DNA of 20,000 nt from an uncultured virus (IMG/VR IMGVR_UViG_3300044619_001509) (IMGVR_UViG_3300044619_001509), one strand, 5' to 3'. Positions 1-8,462 are shown, counted from the stretch's first letter. Program-made: numbers and translations. Notes: generated by a model from the letters alone, not told the origin.

Positions 1-1
1 A

Positions 2-316
2 GATGCGGATACTGGATTAACTTCTGCTGATCCGAGAACAATCGTCGGAGCATCAAAGTTGCTTGTCTATAATACAAAGACAGGCAAGGTTTCATTCTAT
101 GAGTCGCAATCCCTAGAAGGATTGAGTCTCAAGGGATCGACTTTACTAAATGTCAACAAAGCAGTTTGTAAAACTGTAAGAAAACCAAAAGAATTTTTCA
201 AAAATATAGCGGGTGTTCGTAGCGTATTGAATCATTATGATTCTCTCAAAACAAAGGAATACGAAGCAACCACAAGAATAAATGAACATACTATTATTGT
301 GAAAGCGTTTAAATGA
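2..316 (+). CDS. Hypothetical protein of T4-like phages, 5'-truncated by the window edge
   Basis: The frame is open from position 2 (DADTGLTSADPRTIVGASKLLVYNTKTGK...), so the TTG at 59 is probably not the start. The P.xIVGA.xLxVYNTK / LSLKGSTL pattern resembles a recurrent uncharacterised T4-like phage protein (from recall). Its stop overlaps the next start (ATGA). Confidence 0.6.
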   Translation, partial: DADTGLTSADPRTIVGASKLLVYNTKTGKVSFYESQSLEGLSLKGSTLLNVNKAVCKTVRKPKEFFKNIAGVRSVLNHYDSLKTKEYEATTRINEHTIIVKAFK

Positions 317-1227
317 TTTTAATTGACAACTATCAACTCATAATGCCATTGTTATTCCGTTTGGAAGCTACCTTAAGCAAAAACAAAGCAATAATGACGG
401 ATAAAGAAGTGCTTAATGTAATTAGAGCAAGTATGCTACCAAAGTATGCTAAATTAGCAAAACAATTTGTTAAAGATTACAAACAGATTTATATTTGTAC
501 TGAAGGTGGTAATTCTTGGAGAAAGGATAAGTATCCTTTTTACAAAGCAAACAGAGCAAAATTAAATTCTCCTTTTTGGGATGCAGCATTTCATTCTCTT
601 CTTCTTTTCGAAGCCGAAATTCACGAAAATGTGTATCCAGTAATCAAATTAGCAAAAACAGAGGCAGATGATATTATTGGTACTTTGGCAATAGAACAAC
701 ATAAACACGAAAAAATATTAATTGTTTCGGGTGATAAAGATTTTACTCAACTATTGTATTATCCAAATATCGACATATATAACACCAACTCTGATAAAAT
801 AGTACAATGCCAAGATCCTGTAAATTTTTTAGCGGAACAGATTATTCGTGGTGATGCTTCTGATGGTATACCAAATATTTTAAATCCAACTAACATTCTC
901 ATAAACAGGGATGCTAATGGAAAACAAATACAGAAGCAAAAATCAGTAACAAAAACTAAATTAGAAGAACTTAAATCGGTATTTTTTAAAGGTCAGTTAA
1001 ATACAACTCTAGTATCTGAAGATAGATTTAAAATTAATGAAGAGTTGATTGATTTGCATAAAGTACCAAATGAGCATAAATTAGGAATTTTTATTCTTTA
1101 TGACAATTTAAAAATAAATTATGCAAACCATGTAAAGCCTTTTAATTATCTACTATATAGTAATAGCAAACTCCAAGTACAAGATCTTTATGGTGGTTTC
1201 GATTCACATGTATACCTCAATCTCTGA
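313..1227 (+). CDS. rnh: T4-type RNase H / 5'-3' flap exonuclease (FEN1/PIN fold)
   Basis: Motifs MILID, SWRKDKYPFYKANR, EADDIIGTL, IVSGDKDFTQL and IRGDASDGIPNI match T4 RNase H; 304 aa. Confidence 0.93.
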   Translation: MILIDNYQLIMPLLFRLEATLSKNKAIMTDKEVLNVIRASMLPKYAKLAKQFVKDYKQIYICTEGGNSWRKDKYPFYKANRAKLNSPFWDAAFHSLLLFEAEIHENVYPVIKLAKTEADDIIGTLAIEQHKHEKILIVSGDKDFTQLLYYPNIDIYNTNSDKIVQCQDPVNFLAEQIIRGDASDGIPNILNPTNILINRDANGKQIQKQKSVTKTKLEELKSVFFKGQLNTTLVSEDRFKINEELIDLHKVPNEHKLGIFILYDNLKINYANHVKPFNYLLYSNSKLQVQDLYGGFDSHVYLNL

Positions 1228-1645
1228 TATGCTAACTGATATTGGTTCTTTGAAAACTAAAGAACAAAAAATTGAAAAAATTAAATACTATGCAAAAGCA
1301 TACAGGTATTTTGAAAATTTTTTAAGATGGAGTTTATTTAATCCAAAGACTCCTGTTTATAAAAAAATTCCAGAATATAACCCAAATATGGTAGACATTA
1401 GTTTATCATATATTAAACTGGAAAAGGCTTTATCTTCTCTTAAATATTTTTTTGATGGACCAGAATTCGTACAAAATTCAAAGAAAAGAGATGATAAATT
1501 ACTCTGTATCTTAGAGGAAATTAGTTGGTTAGAAGCACCATTATTTGAAAGTTTGGTTCTTAATAACTTTAAAAATTATACTCAAGTTTATTTTACAAAA
1601 GAAGAAGTTTTGGAGGCTTTGCCAGAGATGAAGGACATAGCGTAA
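1208..1645 (+). CDS. Conserved T4-like phage hypothetical protein that typically follows rnh (possibly DUF6433-like)
   Basis: Likely ATG at 1208 (MYTSISDML...KTKEQKIEKIK...F..LE...EA). Position after RNase H and the sequence pattern resemble a family seen in marine/freshwater T4-like phages. The family name is from memory and tentative. Confidence 0.55.
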   Translation: MYTSISDMLTDIGSLKTKEQKIEKIKYYAKAYRYFENFLRWSLFNPKTPVYKKIPEYNPNMVDISLSYIKLEKALSSLKYFFDGPEFVQNSKKRDDKLLCILEEISWLEAPLFESLVLNNFKNYTQVYFTKEEVLEALPEMKDIA

Positions 1646-1836
1646 TGGGTAGAACTTATAGCAATGAAGACGGTGGATTTGAGAAGTTTAAAAGAAAACC
1701 TAAAAGTGTTAAAAAGGGTAAAGGAACCCGCTCAAATCAAAAACAATTTATTCGTGACACATTTGTAAATAATAACATAGATGATGTGAACGATGAAGAT
1801 TACTATAGAGTGAAAGATTGGGAAAAAGATGACTAA
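1645..1836 (+). CDS. Small hypothetical protein with basic N-half and acidic C-half
   Basis: 63 aa ORF, TAATG-coupled to the upstream gene, with an AAGGA SD upstream. Confidence 0.6.
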   Translation: MGRTYSNEDGGFEKFKRKPKSVKKGKGTRSNQKQFIRDTFVNNNIDDVNDEDYYRVKDWEKDD

Positions 1837-2380
1837 TGCTCGTAAAATAACAGAAGCAATTCAGAAGGCAAAATTTCAAGGAAAATCTGCCGCTGATGCA
1901 ATAAAGGAACTTCAAGCACAGGAAACGGTTGAAAAAAAAAATGTTCCTGCGGATGTTCCAAATGTTCCCAAACCAAATCTAATAAATAAAGCATCTTCTT
2001 TTGCCAAATCAATGGCATCAAGAGGTTTAAAAAACAATCGCGCAAGTGATAGAACAATCGCTTTGCGTGTATTGAGTTGTCATGGTAATAATCAACTTCC
2101 TCCATGTCCTTATCGCAAGGATAGTGAAAAATTTAAAGGTTCCTATTATTGTGGTGCGTGTGGGTGTGGAGATAAGCAGATGACGCAGTTGACTTACATC
2201 GAAGTCAATGGTAAAATGACGGACTACAACAAGTTGGATTACCCAAAAGTTACTTGTCCATTAAAAATGCCTGGATTTACCGATTACAAAACATCGGAAG
2301 AGGATCCACCAACAAGCAACAGCAGAAAACAATTTATTGAGTTTCATGAAGGTATAGATTACATTAAAGAAAATATTTGA
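1829..2380 (+). CDS. Cys-rich putative metal-binding hypothetical protein
   Basis: Six Cys in R-x3-C-H-x7-C ... C-x2-C-G-C ... K ... C-P (RVLSCHGNNQLPPCP, YCGACGCG, VTCPLKM). Resembles the DUF6171-like CxxCGC...CP pattern. Confidence 0.6.
   Translation: MTNARKITEAIQKAKFQGKSAADAIKELQAQETVEKKNVPADVPNVPKPNLINKASSFAKSMASRGLKNNRASDRTIALRVLSCHGNNQLPPCPYRKDSEKFKGSYYCGACGCGDKQMTQLTYIEVNGKMTDYNKLDYPKVTCPLKMPGFTDYKTSEEDPPTSNSRKQFIEFHEGIDYIKENI
2189..2217 (+). promoter_or_regulatory. sigma70-type promoter upstream of gp45, inside the Cys-rich gene
   Basis: TTGACT (2189-2194), 17 nt spacer, TAAAAT (2212-2217), extended -10 TG at 2209-2210. The -35 box lies in an inverted repeat TTGACTT-N6-AAGTCAA. Confidence 0.6.
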
Positions 2381-2390
2381 GGTTTATATT

Positions 2391-3071
2391 ATGTCAAAAA
2401 GTATTAAGTTATCGAAAGAAACATTAGAGATTCTGAAAAATTTTGCATCAATCAATTCTAACATTTTGGTGCAGCCTGGAAAAACTCTAAGCACAATTTC
2501 TCCTGTAAAGAATGTTCTTGCAGAAGCAACCGTTGTTGAAGATTTTCCGATTCAGTTCGGACTTTGGGATCTAAACAGATTTTTGGGCGTTGTGTCCCTG
2601 TTTTCCGATCCTGAGTTTGTCTTTGAGGAAAAGTTTGTAACCATTCATGGTAAAAATTCTTCGGTGAAGTTTTTTTACTCAGAACCAAAGTTGCTGACTG
2701 TTCCTCCTGCAAAGAAGATTCAGATGCCAGAAAGTTCAATTAATTTTATTCTTAATCAGAAAGACTTTTCGGATTTGATGAAAATGTCTGCGACTCTTCA
2801 GTTGTCTGATATTTGTGTTCGTTCAAACGAAGATAAGATTGAACTTGCTGTAGTAGACAAGAAGGGTGCATCAAGCGATTGTGGTTCTATTGTTGTTGGT
2901 GATAACAACACAACCAAAAACTTTGAATTTTATTTTAAGTCAGAAAATTTAAAGTTAATTCCTGGCGATTATGAAGTCACCGTTGGTGCAACAACTGTTT
3001 CTAAGTTTGTGAGCAAGAATCGTTATCTTACTTATTGGATTGCATTGGAAGTTGATTCCAAGATTAATTAA
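2391..3071 (+). CDS. gp45: Sliding clamp, DNA polymerase processivity factor
   Basis: KLSKETLEILKNFASINSNI, FGLWDLNRFL, ENLKLIPGDYEV and YWIALE match T4 gp45; GAGG SD; first gene of the 45-44-62-regA order. Confidence 0.96.
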   Translation: MSKSIKLSKETLEILKNFASINSNILVQPGKTLSTISPVKNVLAEATVVEDFPIQFGLWDLNRFLGVVSLFSDPEFVFEEKFVTIHGKNSSVKFFYSEPKLLTVPPAKKIQMPESSINFILNQKDFSDLMKMSATLQLSDICVRSNEDKIELAVVDKKGASSDCGSIVVGDNNTTKNFEFYFKSENLKLIPGDYEVTVGATTVSKFVSKNRYLTYWIALEVDSKIN

Positions 3072-3073
3072 TT

Positions 3074-4015
3074 ATGAATACAGAAAACTTTTTGTGGGTT
3101 GAAAAGTACCGTCCAAAAACAATCGAAGAGTGCATTCTTCCACCAAAATTAAAGAAGACATTTCAAGAAATGGTAGATTCTGGTCAATGCCAGAATCTTC
3201 TTCTTAGTGGAGGTGGTGGTTGTGGTAAAACAACCGTTGCAAAGGCTCTTTGTAATGAAATGGGTGTTGATTACATTATGATCAACTGCTCAGAAGATGG
3301 TAACATCGACACACTTCGTACTAAAATTCGAAACTTTGCGAGTACCGTATCCTTTGTAGATAAGGTAAAGGTTGTAATCCTAGATGAGTTTGACTACTCA
3401 AATCAACAGTCAATGCAACCCGCTCTTCGTGGATTTATAGAAGAGTTTGCCGATAACTGTAGATTTATTCTTACTTGTAACTACAAGAATCGAATTCTTC
3501 CTCAACTCCATTCTCGTTGCACCTGTATTGATTTTGTTTTTACAAACGACGAGAAGATGAAGATGTGTGCTGAGTTTATGTCAAGATTGACAGAGATTCT
3601 AAAGGCGGAAAATATTCAGTTTGAAGAAAAGATTATTGCCAAACTGGTAATGAAGTATGCTCCCGATTTTCGTAGACTATTGAACGAAGTTCAACGATAT
3701 TCTATTAGCGGAACAATTGATTCGGGTATTTTGAGCGATGCTGGAGATTTTTCCATCAAGGAAGTTATTCTTGCGATGAAAGAAAAGAACTTTGCCAAAG
3801 TTCGTAAGTGGGTGACTGAAAACGGTCATTATGATTCTAGTCACATCGTAGGAAAAATTAAACTAGGATTTGATGAATATTTTGTAGCTAGTTCGATTCC
3901 CACCGCAATTCTCATTTCAAATGACTATCAGAGAGATGCTGCATTTGTTGCAGATCCCGAGATTAATCTATCCGCATATTTTGTGAAACTTATGATGGAG
4001 TGTGAATTTAAATAA
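3074..4015 (+). CDS. gp44: Clamp loader AAA+ ATPase large subunit
   Basis: LWVEKYRPKTI (RFC box), Walker A GGGGCGKTT, Walker B VILDEFD, SRC motif (LHSRC), PDFRR. Confidence 0.97.
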   Translation: MNTENFLWVEKYRPKTIEECILPPKLKKTFQEMVDSGQCQNLLLSGGGGCGKTTVAKALCNEMGVDYIMINCSEDGNIDTLRTKIRNFASTVSFVDKVKVVILDEFDYSNQQSMQPALRGFIEEFADNCRFILTCNYKNRILPQLHSRCTCIDFVFTNDEKMKMCAEFMSRLTEILKAENIQFEEKIIAKLVMKYAPDFRRLLNEVQRYSISGTIDSGILSDAGDFSIKEVILAMKEKNFAKVRKWVTENGHYDSSHIVGKIKLGFDEYFVASSIPTAILISNDYQRDAAFVADPEINLSAYFVKLMMECEFK

Positions 4016-4404
4016 TGGAACTATTTGATTTTATTAATGATGTGAGTCATGAGAAAAAAAATATTTATAAAGAACTATCTGAACGAGAAGAGAAAAAGTA
4101 CCCAACCTACCTTGTTAACAAGTATTTTTCATTTTTTTCGGACACTATTTTTTATGCGAACGAAGTAAATAAATGTCAATACCTTACAGGTAAAGATATT
4201 CATTATTTCTATCTAAACACTCTTCGCAAAAAGAAAAGATTTACCAAATGGTTAAAAACGGAAAAAATAGAGGACGAAGAACTGGTGATGCAAGTCTATT
4301 CTTGCTCGCGCCAAAAAGCTAAAGAATACCTCAAAATACTCTCCAAAGAGCAGATTCAGAGCATTAAAGACACCTATCATCATTTAAATACTAATAAATC
4401 CTAA
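4015..4404 (+). CDS. gp62: Clamp loader small subunit
   Basis: LFDFINDVS, YPTYLVNKYFS, YLNTLRKKKRFTKWLK and KAKEYLKILSKEQI; synteny between gp44 and regA. Confidence 0.93.
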   Translation: MELFDFINDVSHEKKNIYKELSEREEKKYPTYLVNKYFSFFSDTIFYANEVNKCQYLTGKDIHYFYLNTLRKKKRFTKWLKTEKIEDEELVMQVYSCSRQKAKEYLKILSKEQIQSIKDTYHHLNTNKS

Positions 4405-4427
4405 ATAATATTAATTATTGTTAGGAG
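4383..4427 (+). promoter_or_regulatory. Possible late-promoter variants and SD upstream of regA
   Basis: TTTAAATA (4383-4390) and CCTAAATA (4400-4407) resemble the T4 late consensus TATAAATA; AGGAG SD at 4423-4427. AT-rich context lowers specificity. Confidence 0.35.
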
Positions 4428-4433
4428 TATTTA

Positions 4434-4835
4434 ATGAGTGAATATATTAGTGTAGAGGATCTTTTAGAGGTAGAATTACAAAACAAAGAGGACTTTTTAA
4501 AGGTAAAAGAAACTCTTACTCGTATTGGTATTACTTCCAAAAAAGAAAATAAGTTATTTCAGTCGTGTCATATTTTACATAAAAAAGGTAAATATTACAT
4601 TGTACATTTTAAGGAACTATTTCTATTGGATGGGTTGGAGTCAAATATAGACGATAACGATATTGCCAGAAGAAATACAATTGCCAAACTTTTACAGGAA
4701 TGGAAACTTATAAAAATTGTAAATCCCGATATAATGAATAATAATTTTGCAGGAATTAATCAGATTAAAATAATTCCACATTCCGAAAAAACCAAATGGC
4801 AATTGTGTCCTAAATACCATATAGGTAAAAAATAA
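4434..4835 (+). CDS. regA: Translational repressor RegA
   Basis: DFLKVKETLTRIGI, LFQSCHILHKKGKYYIVHFKELFLLDG, RRNTIAKLLQEW and KYHIGKK match RegA. Confidence 0.97.
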   Translation: MSEYISVEDLLEVELQNKEDFLKVKETLTRIGITSKKENKLFQSCHILHKKGKYYIVHFKELFLLDGLESNIDDNDIARRNTIAKLLQEWKLIKIVNPDIMNNNFAGINQIKIIPHSEKTKWQLCPKYHIGKK

Positions 4836-5221
4836 TGATTCCTTATTCTTACGATCTTACATTTAATAAAAATACGGATTTTCGTTTATCCTTTCAAGCA
4901 CTTGAGGATGATAACACAACTCCTTTGTTTTTTAATGGAACAAATGCAATTGCAACTTACGAATGTAGAATGATTGTGACAAGAGCATTAAATGGTGGAG
5001 AAACTGTTCTTGAAATTTCAAATTATCCATCGACAAATCAAAATATAAATGATACAATAGATTTTTCTGTGACTGTAGATGGAAGAATCGACATAGATAT
5101 AAGCGAAGAAACTATCAACACTTTGACAAATAATAAGTATCATTATACGATAATTTTATCCTCATCATCGGGATATGATCAAATGTTACTCAGAGGACGA
5201 GTTGATGTGTTTGGAGGTTGA
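4835..5221 (+). CDS. Putative virion structural/adaptor protein (BppU-N/LtfC-like beta-sandwich)
   Basis: Pattern YDLTF..TDF......GRIDIDIS.E.I..L...KYHYTI......MLLRGRVDV resembles the small domain commonly found ahead of phage fibre genes; TAATG-coupled to regA. Confidence 0.5.
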   Translation: MIPYSYDLTFNKNTDFRLSFQALEDDNTTPLFFNGTNAIATYECRMIVTRALNGGETVLEISNYPSTNQNINDTIDFSVTVDGRIDIDISEETINTLTNNKYHYTIILSSSSGYDQMLLRGRVDVFGG

Positions 5222-6324
5222 CTGTGAAACGATCCGAACTCTTTGTACTACCCAGTAGCATTTCAAAATTATTTCTACCAAACGGAACCGAAAATCCAAA
5301 TGTAGATAATATTGATTATTATCCAAGGCATCTTCAGCCATTTTATGGTAATTTGCACATAATTAATGCAAATACAAGCACTATCGGTGAAGATTCGTTT
5401 GGTAATCTCGTTGCGGGTTGGAATCCAAATCAAAGAAATTTTAATCTAGTTACAGATATAGTAAATAATTTTCCCCGTCATATGCTACAAAACCTTGTGG
5501 TGATTGCGGGAAAAGACGGAACCGCAATTCCTATTGCTGGTTCTTATTTTACAAAAATGATGGATCATGAGCCTGGTACGATTGAACCACTTTCGTGTCT
5601 AATTACGGATGAAAACGGTGATATAGTAGGATTAAATTTTACAAGTTCTATAACTATTGCTGGACTTGTTAATAGTGGAACCAATACTGGTGATCAAAAT
5701 CTATTTTCTACGATTGCTGTAGCAGGTCAATCAAATGTTGTTGCTGATACAACATCGGATACCTTGACATTAGTTGCTGGATCTGGTATAGCAATAACTA
5801 CAGACGCCACCACTGATACTATTACTATTGCTAGTACTGGTGGTGGTGGAAGTAAAACATATGGAATATTTACTCCACTTGATAATCAACCACCAGCAAC
5901 AAATTATGCAACCATTGATACAAGAAATTCTATTATGATTCTAGATTTTGATGCTGCTACGCGGGAAGAGGCTGTCTTTGTGTCGGTTATTCCCGAAGCA
6001 GCGGTATTAGGTAGCGGATTGACCGCTAGAATCAACTGGACGGCAACCACGGCAACAACAGGAAACTGCGTCTGGGGAATTCAGTATGAAAGAATGAACA
6101 CGGACATCGACTCGGATTCCTTCGCTACGGCTGCTACCACCACAAGCGCAACAAATGCAACTTCGGGAATCATCACAACCACGACCATAACCACAACGAA
6201 CATCGACGGATTGACGGCAGGAGATCCGTATAGGATCAAGGTGTTCAGGGACGCAGCCAATGGATCCGACACAATGACTGGCGATGCCGAACTCATCTCA
6301 GTCGAAGTAAGGAGCGGTGCATAA
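5218..6324 (+). CDS. Putative fibre/virion protein, Thr/Gly-rich, with repeat module and C-terminal beta-rich domain
   Basis: TTG (or GTG 5224) start after GGAGG. Contains the module SGTNTGDQNLFSTIAVAGQSNVVADTTSDTLTLVAGSG...TDTITI shared with the fibre gene at 17758, then a GGGGS linker and a C-terminal domain (QPPATNYATIDTRN...LDFDAAT.E.AVF...D..TGDAEL..VEVR). Confidence 0.6.
   Translation: MTVKRSELFVLPSSISKLFLPNGTENPNVDNIDYYPRHLQPFYGNLHIINANTSTIGEDSFGNLVAGWNPNQRNFNLVTDIVNNFPRHMLQNLVVIAGKDGTAIPIAGSYFTKMMDHEPGTIEPLSCLITDENGDIVGLNFTSSITIAGLVNSGTNTGDQNLFSTIAVAGQSNVVADTTSDTLTLVAGSGIAITTDATTDTITIASTGGGGSKTYGIFTPLDNQPPATNYATIDTRNSIMILDFDAATREEAVFVSVIPEAAVLGSGLTARINWTATTATTGNCVWGIQYERMNTDIDSDSFATAATTTSATNATSGIITTTTITTTNIDGLTAGDPYRIKVFRDAANGSDTMTGDAELISVEVRSGA
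5674..5853 (+). repeat. Fibre repeat module, copy A (other copies at 18541-18678, 19474-19650, 19651-19812)
   Basis: Perfect 26-nt match ACATCGGATACCTTGACATTAGTTGC at 5752-5777 and 19552-19577; 20-nt match GGTCAATCAAATGTTGTTGC at 5725-5744 and 19525-19544. Confidence 0.92.
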
Positions 6325-7121
6325 TGTCAATCCGTCAAAATTTTCAAGAATCCGATGGAAACGGAAACTATGTATGGCGCGAATTGGTGGGAGACCTTAC
6401 CAGAAGCCTGTTTACTTTTCCATTCACCATCAACTTATGGGTAAAGAAGACTGGCAGCAATGGAACCAAAGTTTTGTCTGTACACCACACCAGTTCGGGA
6501 GGACAAGTTGCATGTAATGCCTTCATAATAGAAGACAACGCAGGATCACCCCTGAGAATGAGGTTGCGGGCATTGACTTCAAATGGTAACACATCCCTCA
6601 CCAACACCAATGTTTCCATAAGCCAGAACACATGGTACATGGTGACGGCAGTAGTCGCAAGCGCGACCAGTCGCATATTGTATGTGAATGCCGTTGCCTC
6701 CACCACATCTACAGTTTCCCGCACCCCATTGACAATTGAGGAATTAGCCATTGGAGCATATCCAAGCAACGATCCAAATTTTGGAAGCACAAATCCCGTA
6801 ATTTACACAATTGCGGATGTTCCGTTTGGTATTTCCGCTGAACTTGGTGTATGGAATGCAGCACTTACCGCAGACGAGATCACATCTCTGCATAAAGGGG
6901 CAAGGACGATACAGGTGAGACCTCAGTCCCTCTGTCTCTACTCTCCTTGGATTCGCAACAGTTCCAACGACCTTGTCGGAAAATACACAAGCAATGTTCC
7001 TTCATTCAGCCAAGCACCCTATTTCGATGTCGGTGATTACGAGTTTAACGGTGGAACGGTGGTTCCCCGCGTGGTTGAGGATCCTTTGGTAGAGGTGCAT
7101 GACATAAGGAGGTATGGATGA
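6324..7121 (+). CDS. Concanavalin A-like lectin / LamG-domain protein (putative receptor-binding or virion decoration)
   Basis: FTINLWVK, WYMVTAVV, RILYVNA, LAIGA and ELGVWNAALTADEITSL are hallmarks of the Laminin_G_3 fold. Confidence 0.85.
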   Translation: MSIRQNFQESDGNGNYVWRELVGDLTRSLFTFPFTINLWVKKTGSNGTKVLSVHHTSSGGQVACNAFIIEDNAGSPLRMRLRALTSNGNTSLTNTNVSISQNTWYMVTAVVASATSRILYVNAVASTTSTVSRTPLTIEELAIGAYPSNDPNFGSTNPVIYTIADVPFGISAELGVWNAALTADEITSLHKGARTIQVRPQSLCLYSPWIRNSSNDLVGKYTSNVPSFSQAPYFDVGDYEFNGGTVVPRVVEDPLVEVHDIRRYG

Positions 7122-7597
7122 GCAAGTATGCAATAATTCAGAACTCGGCAAATAGTACGATGATTGTAGGAATCAAGGACATAGAAGATTCCCTGTATTC
7201 ACAATGGGTATCGACGGGCAATCCAAAAAAGGATGTTTATAGACTTGTCATTGAATCCGAACCCCCAGAAGTATCAAAAAACGAGGTTGCTGTCAAGTCA
7301 TTCGTAGTGAATCCTACGACCGTCAATGTCGTGTGGACGGTGCGACAAAAGACACAAGATGAACTTCGCATGATCTTTACGGCATATGAGTTCTTGCTTC
7401 GGTTCACTCCACAGGAACGAGCGGCTTTCCGCGCTGCTGCAAACACCGATCCTCTCGTCGCGGACTTTCAGCAACTTGCACAGGCTGCACAGGAGATCGT
7501 CAGCGACGATCCACTCACTATTATGGGACTAAATTATTTGATTTCTGTTGGATTATTAACAGAACAAAGAAAGAACGAAATTTTAGATATTGTTTAA
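7118..7597 (+). CDS. Hypothetical protein, possibly fibre-associated/assembly chaperone
   Basis: 159 aa with AGGAGG SD. The C-terminal FTAYEFLLRFTPQERAAFRAAA...GLNYLISVGLLTEQRKNEIL pattern is typical of small proteins following phage fibre genes. Confidence 0.55.
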   Translation: MSKYAIIQNSANSTMIVGIKDIEDSLYSQWVSTGNPKKDVYRLVIESEPPEVSKNEVAVKSFVVNPTTVNVVWTVRQKTQDELRMIFTAYEFLLRFTPQERAAFRAAANTDPLVADFQQLAQAAQEIVSDDPLTIMGLNYLISVGLLTEQRKNEILDIV

Positions 7598-7624
7598 CAT
7601 TTTTGAAATAAGGTAGTATATATT

Positions 7625-8140
7625 ATGAACGAAATTCCAAAATTAAAAATTTATTGTAAATCACCATACGCAACCTATCCAACATACGCAACAGAAGATT
7701 CTGCATGTTTTGATATACATGCATGTGTTGCTCACGAATCTATTAAAATTTGGTATGAAAATTCAATAGATTCTATTGAAGAATTGGCAACCGAAGAATC
7801 TATAATTCGTGTTATGCCAAAATCTAGAGTATTGATTCCTACTGGAATCATAATGGATATTCCCAAAGGATATTCTGTTCGTTTACACTCTCGTTCGGGA
7901 TTAGCATTAAAGAATGGTGTTTTTCTTGGTAACTGTGAAGGTGTAATTGATTCGGATTATATTCAAGAGGTAAAAGTAATTTTATATAACTCATCTGCTA
8001 TTCCATTCTTTATTAAACAGGGTGATAGAATTTGTCAAGGAGAACTGGTGAAAAATCTTGACTATTTGCTGGAGAGATGCTATACTCCTCCTTCAATCAA
8101 GACAAATCGTGAAGGTGGATTTGGATCCACAGGAGTATAA
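7625..8140 (+). CDS. dut: Trimeric dUTPase
   Basis: All five motifs present: SACFDI, RSGLA, GVIDSDY, GDRICQG, REGGFGSTG. Confidence 0.96.
   Translation: MNEIPKLKIYCKSPYATYPTYATEDSACFDIHACVAHESIKIWYENSIDSIEELATEESIIRVMPKSRVLIPTGIIMDIPKGYSVRLHSRSGLALKNGVFLGNCEGVIDSDYIQEVKVILYNSSAIPFFIKQGDRICQGELVKNLDYLLERCYTPPSIKTNREGGFGSTGV
8058..8086 (+). promoter_or_regulatory. sigma70-type promoter in the 3' end of dut, driving the Nmad1-like gene and gp43
   Basis: TTGACT (8058-8063), 17 nt spacer, TATACT (8081-8086), extended -10 TG at 8078-8079, A-tract just upstream. Confidence 0.72.
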
Positions 8141-8141
8141 T

Positions 8142-8462
8142 ATGAATCGTGAAGAACTATTTAAACATCATGAAGAAATTTCAAAGAAAGCACTAGAATT
8201 AATGAAAAAGAAAAACCATGATTACGCAGGTAATGGTGGTGAAACCCCATTTGCAAATTTTGAGAGATGTGAAGCAATGAACATCTGTTCAACCGAAGCT
8301 GGATTTTTGGTGCGACTTTGCGACAAGTTATCTCGCTTGTCAACTTTCGCAGAATCTGGTAAACTGACAGTCCATAACGAAGGTTATGAAGATGCTATTA
8401 TTGATATTATAAACTATTGTGTGCTATTCTCTGCTTATGTCAAATCAAAAAATATACACTAA
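8142..8462 (+). CDS. DUF1599 / nucleotide-modification-associated domain 1 (Nmad1)-like all-alpha protein
   Basis: ATG at 8142 after AGGAG. Motifs KKNHDYA, PFANF, GFLVRLCDKLSRL and EGYEDAIIDIINYCVL fit this family. Confidence 0.75.
   Translation: MNREELFKHHEEISKKALELMKKKNHDYAGNGGETPFANFERCEAMNICSTEAGFLVRLCDKLSRLSTFAESGKLTVHNEGYEDAIIDIINYCVLFSAYVKSKNIH

Noticed and set aside
4404..4419. AATAAT-N4-ATTATT hairpin before the regA SD
   Set aside because: All A/T pairs, too weak, and expected by chance in an AT-rich spacer; not a terminator.
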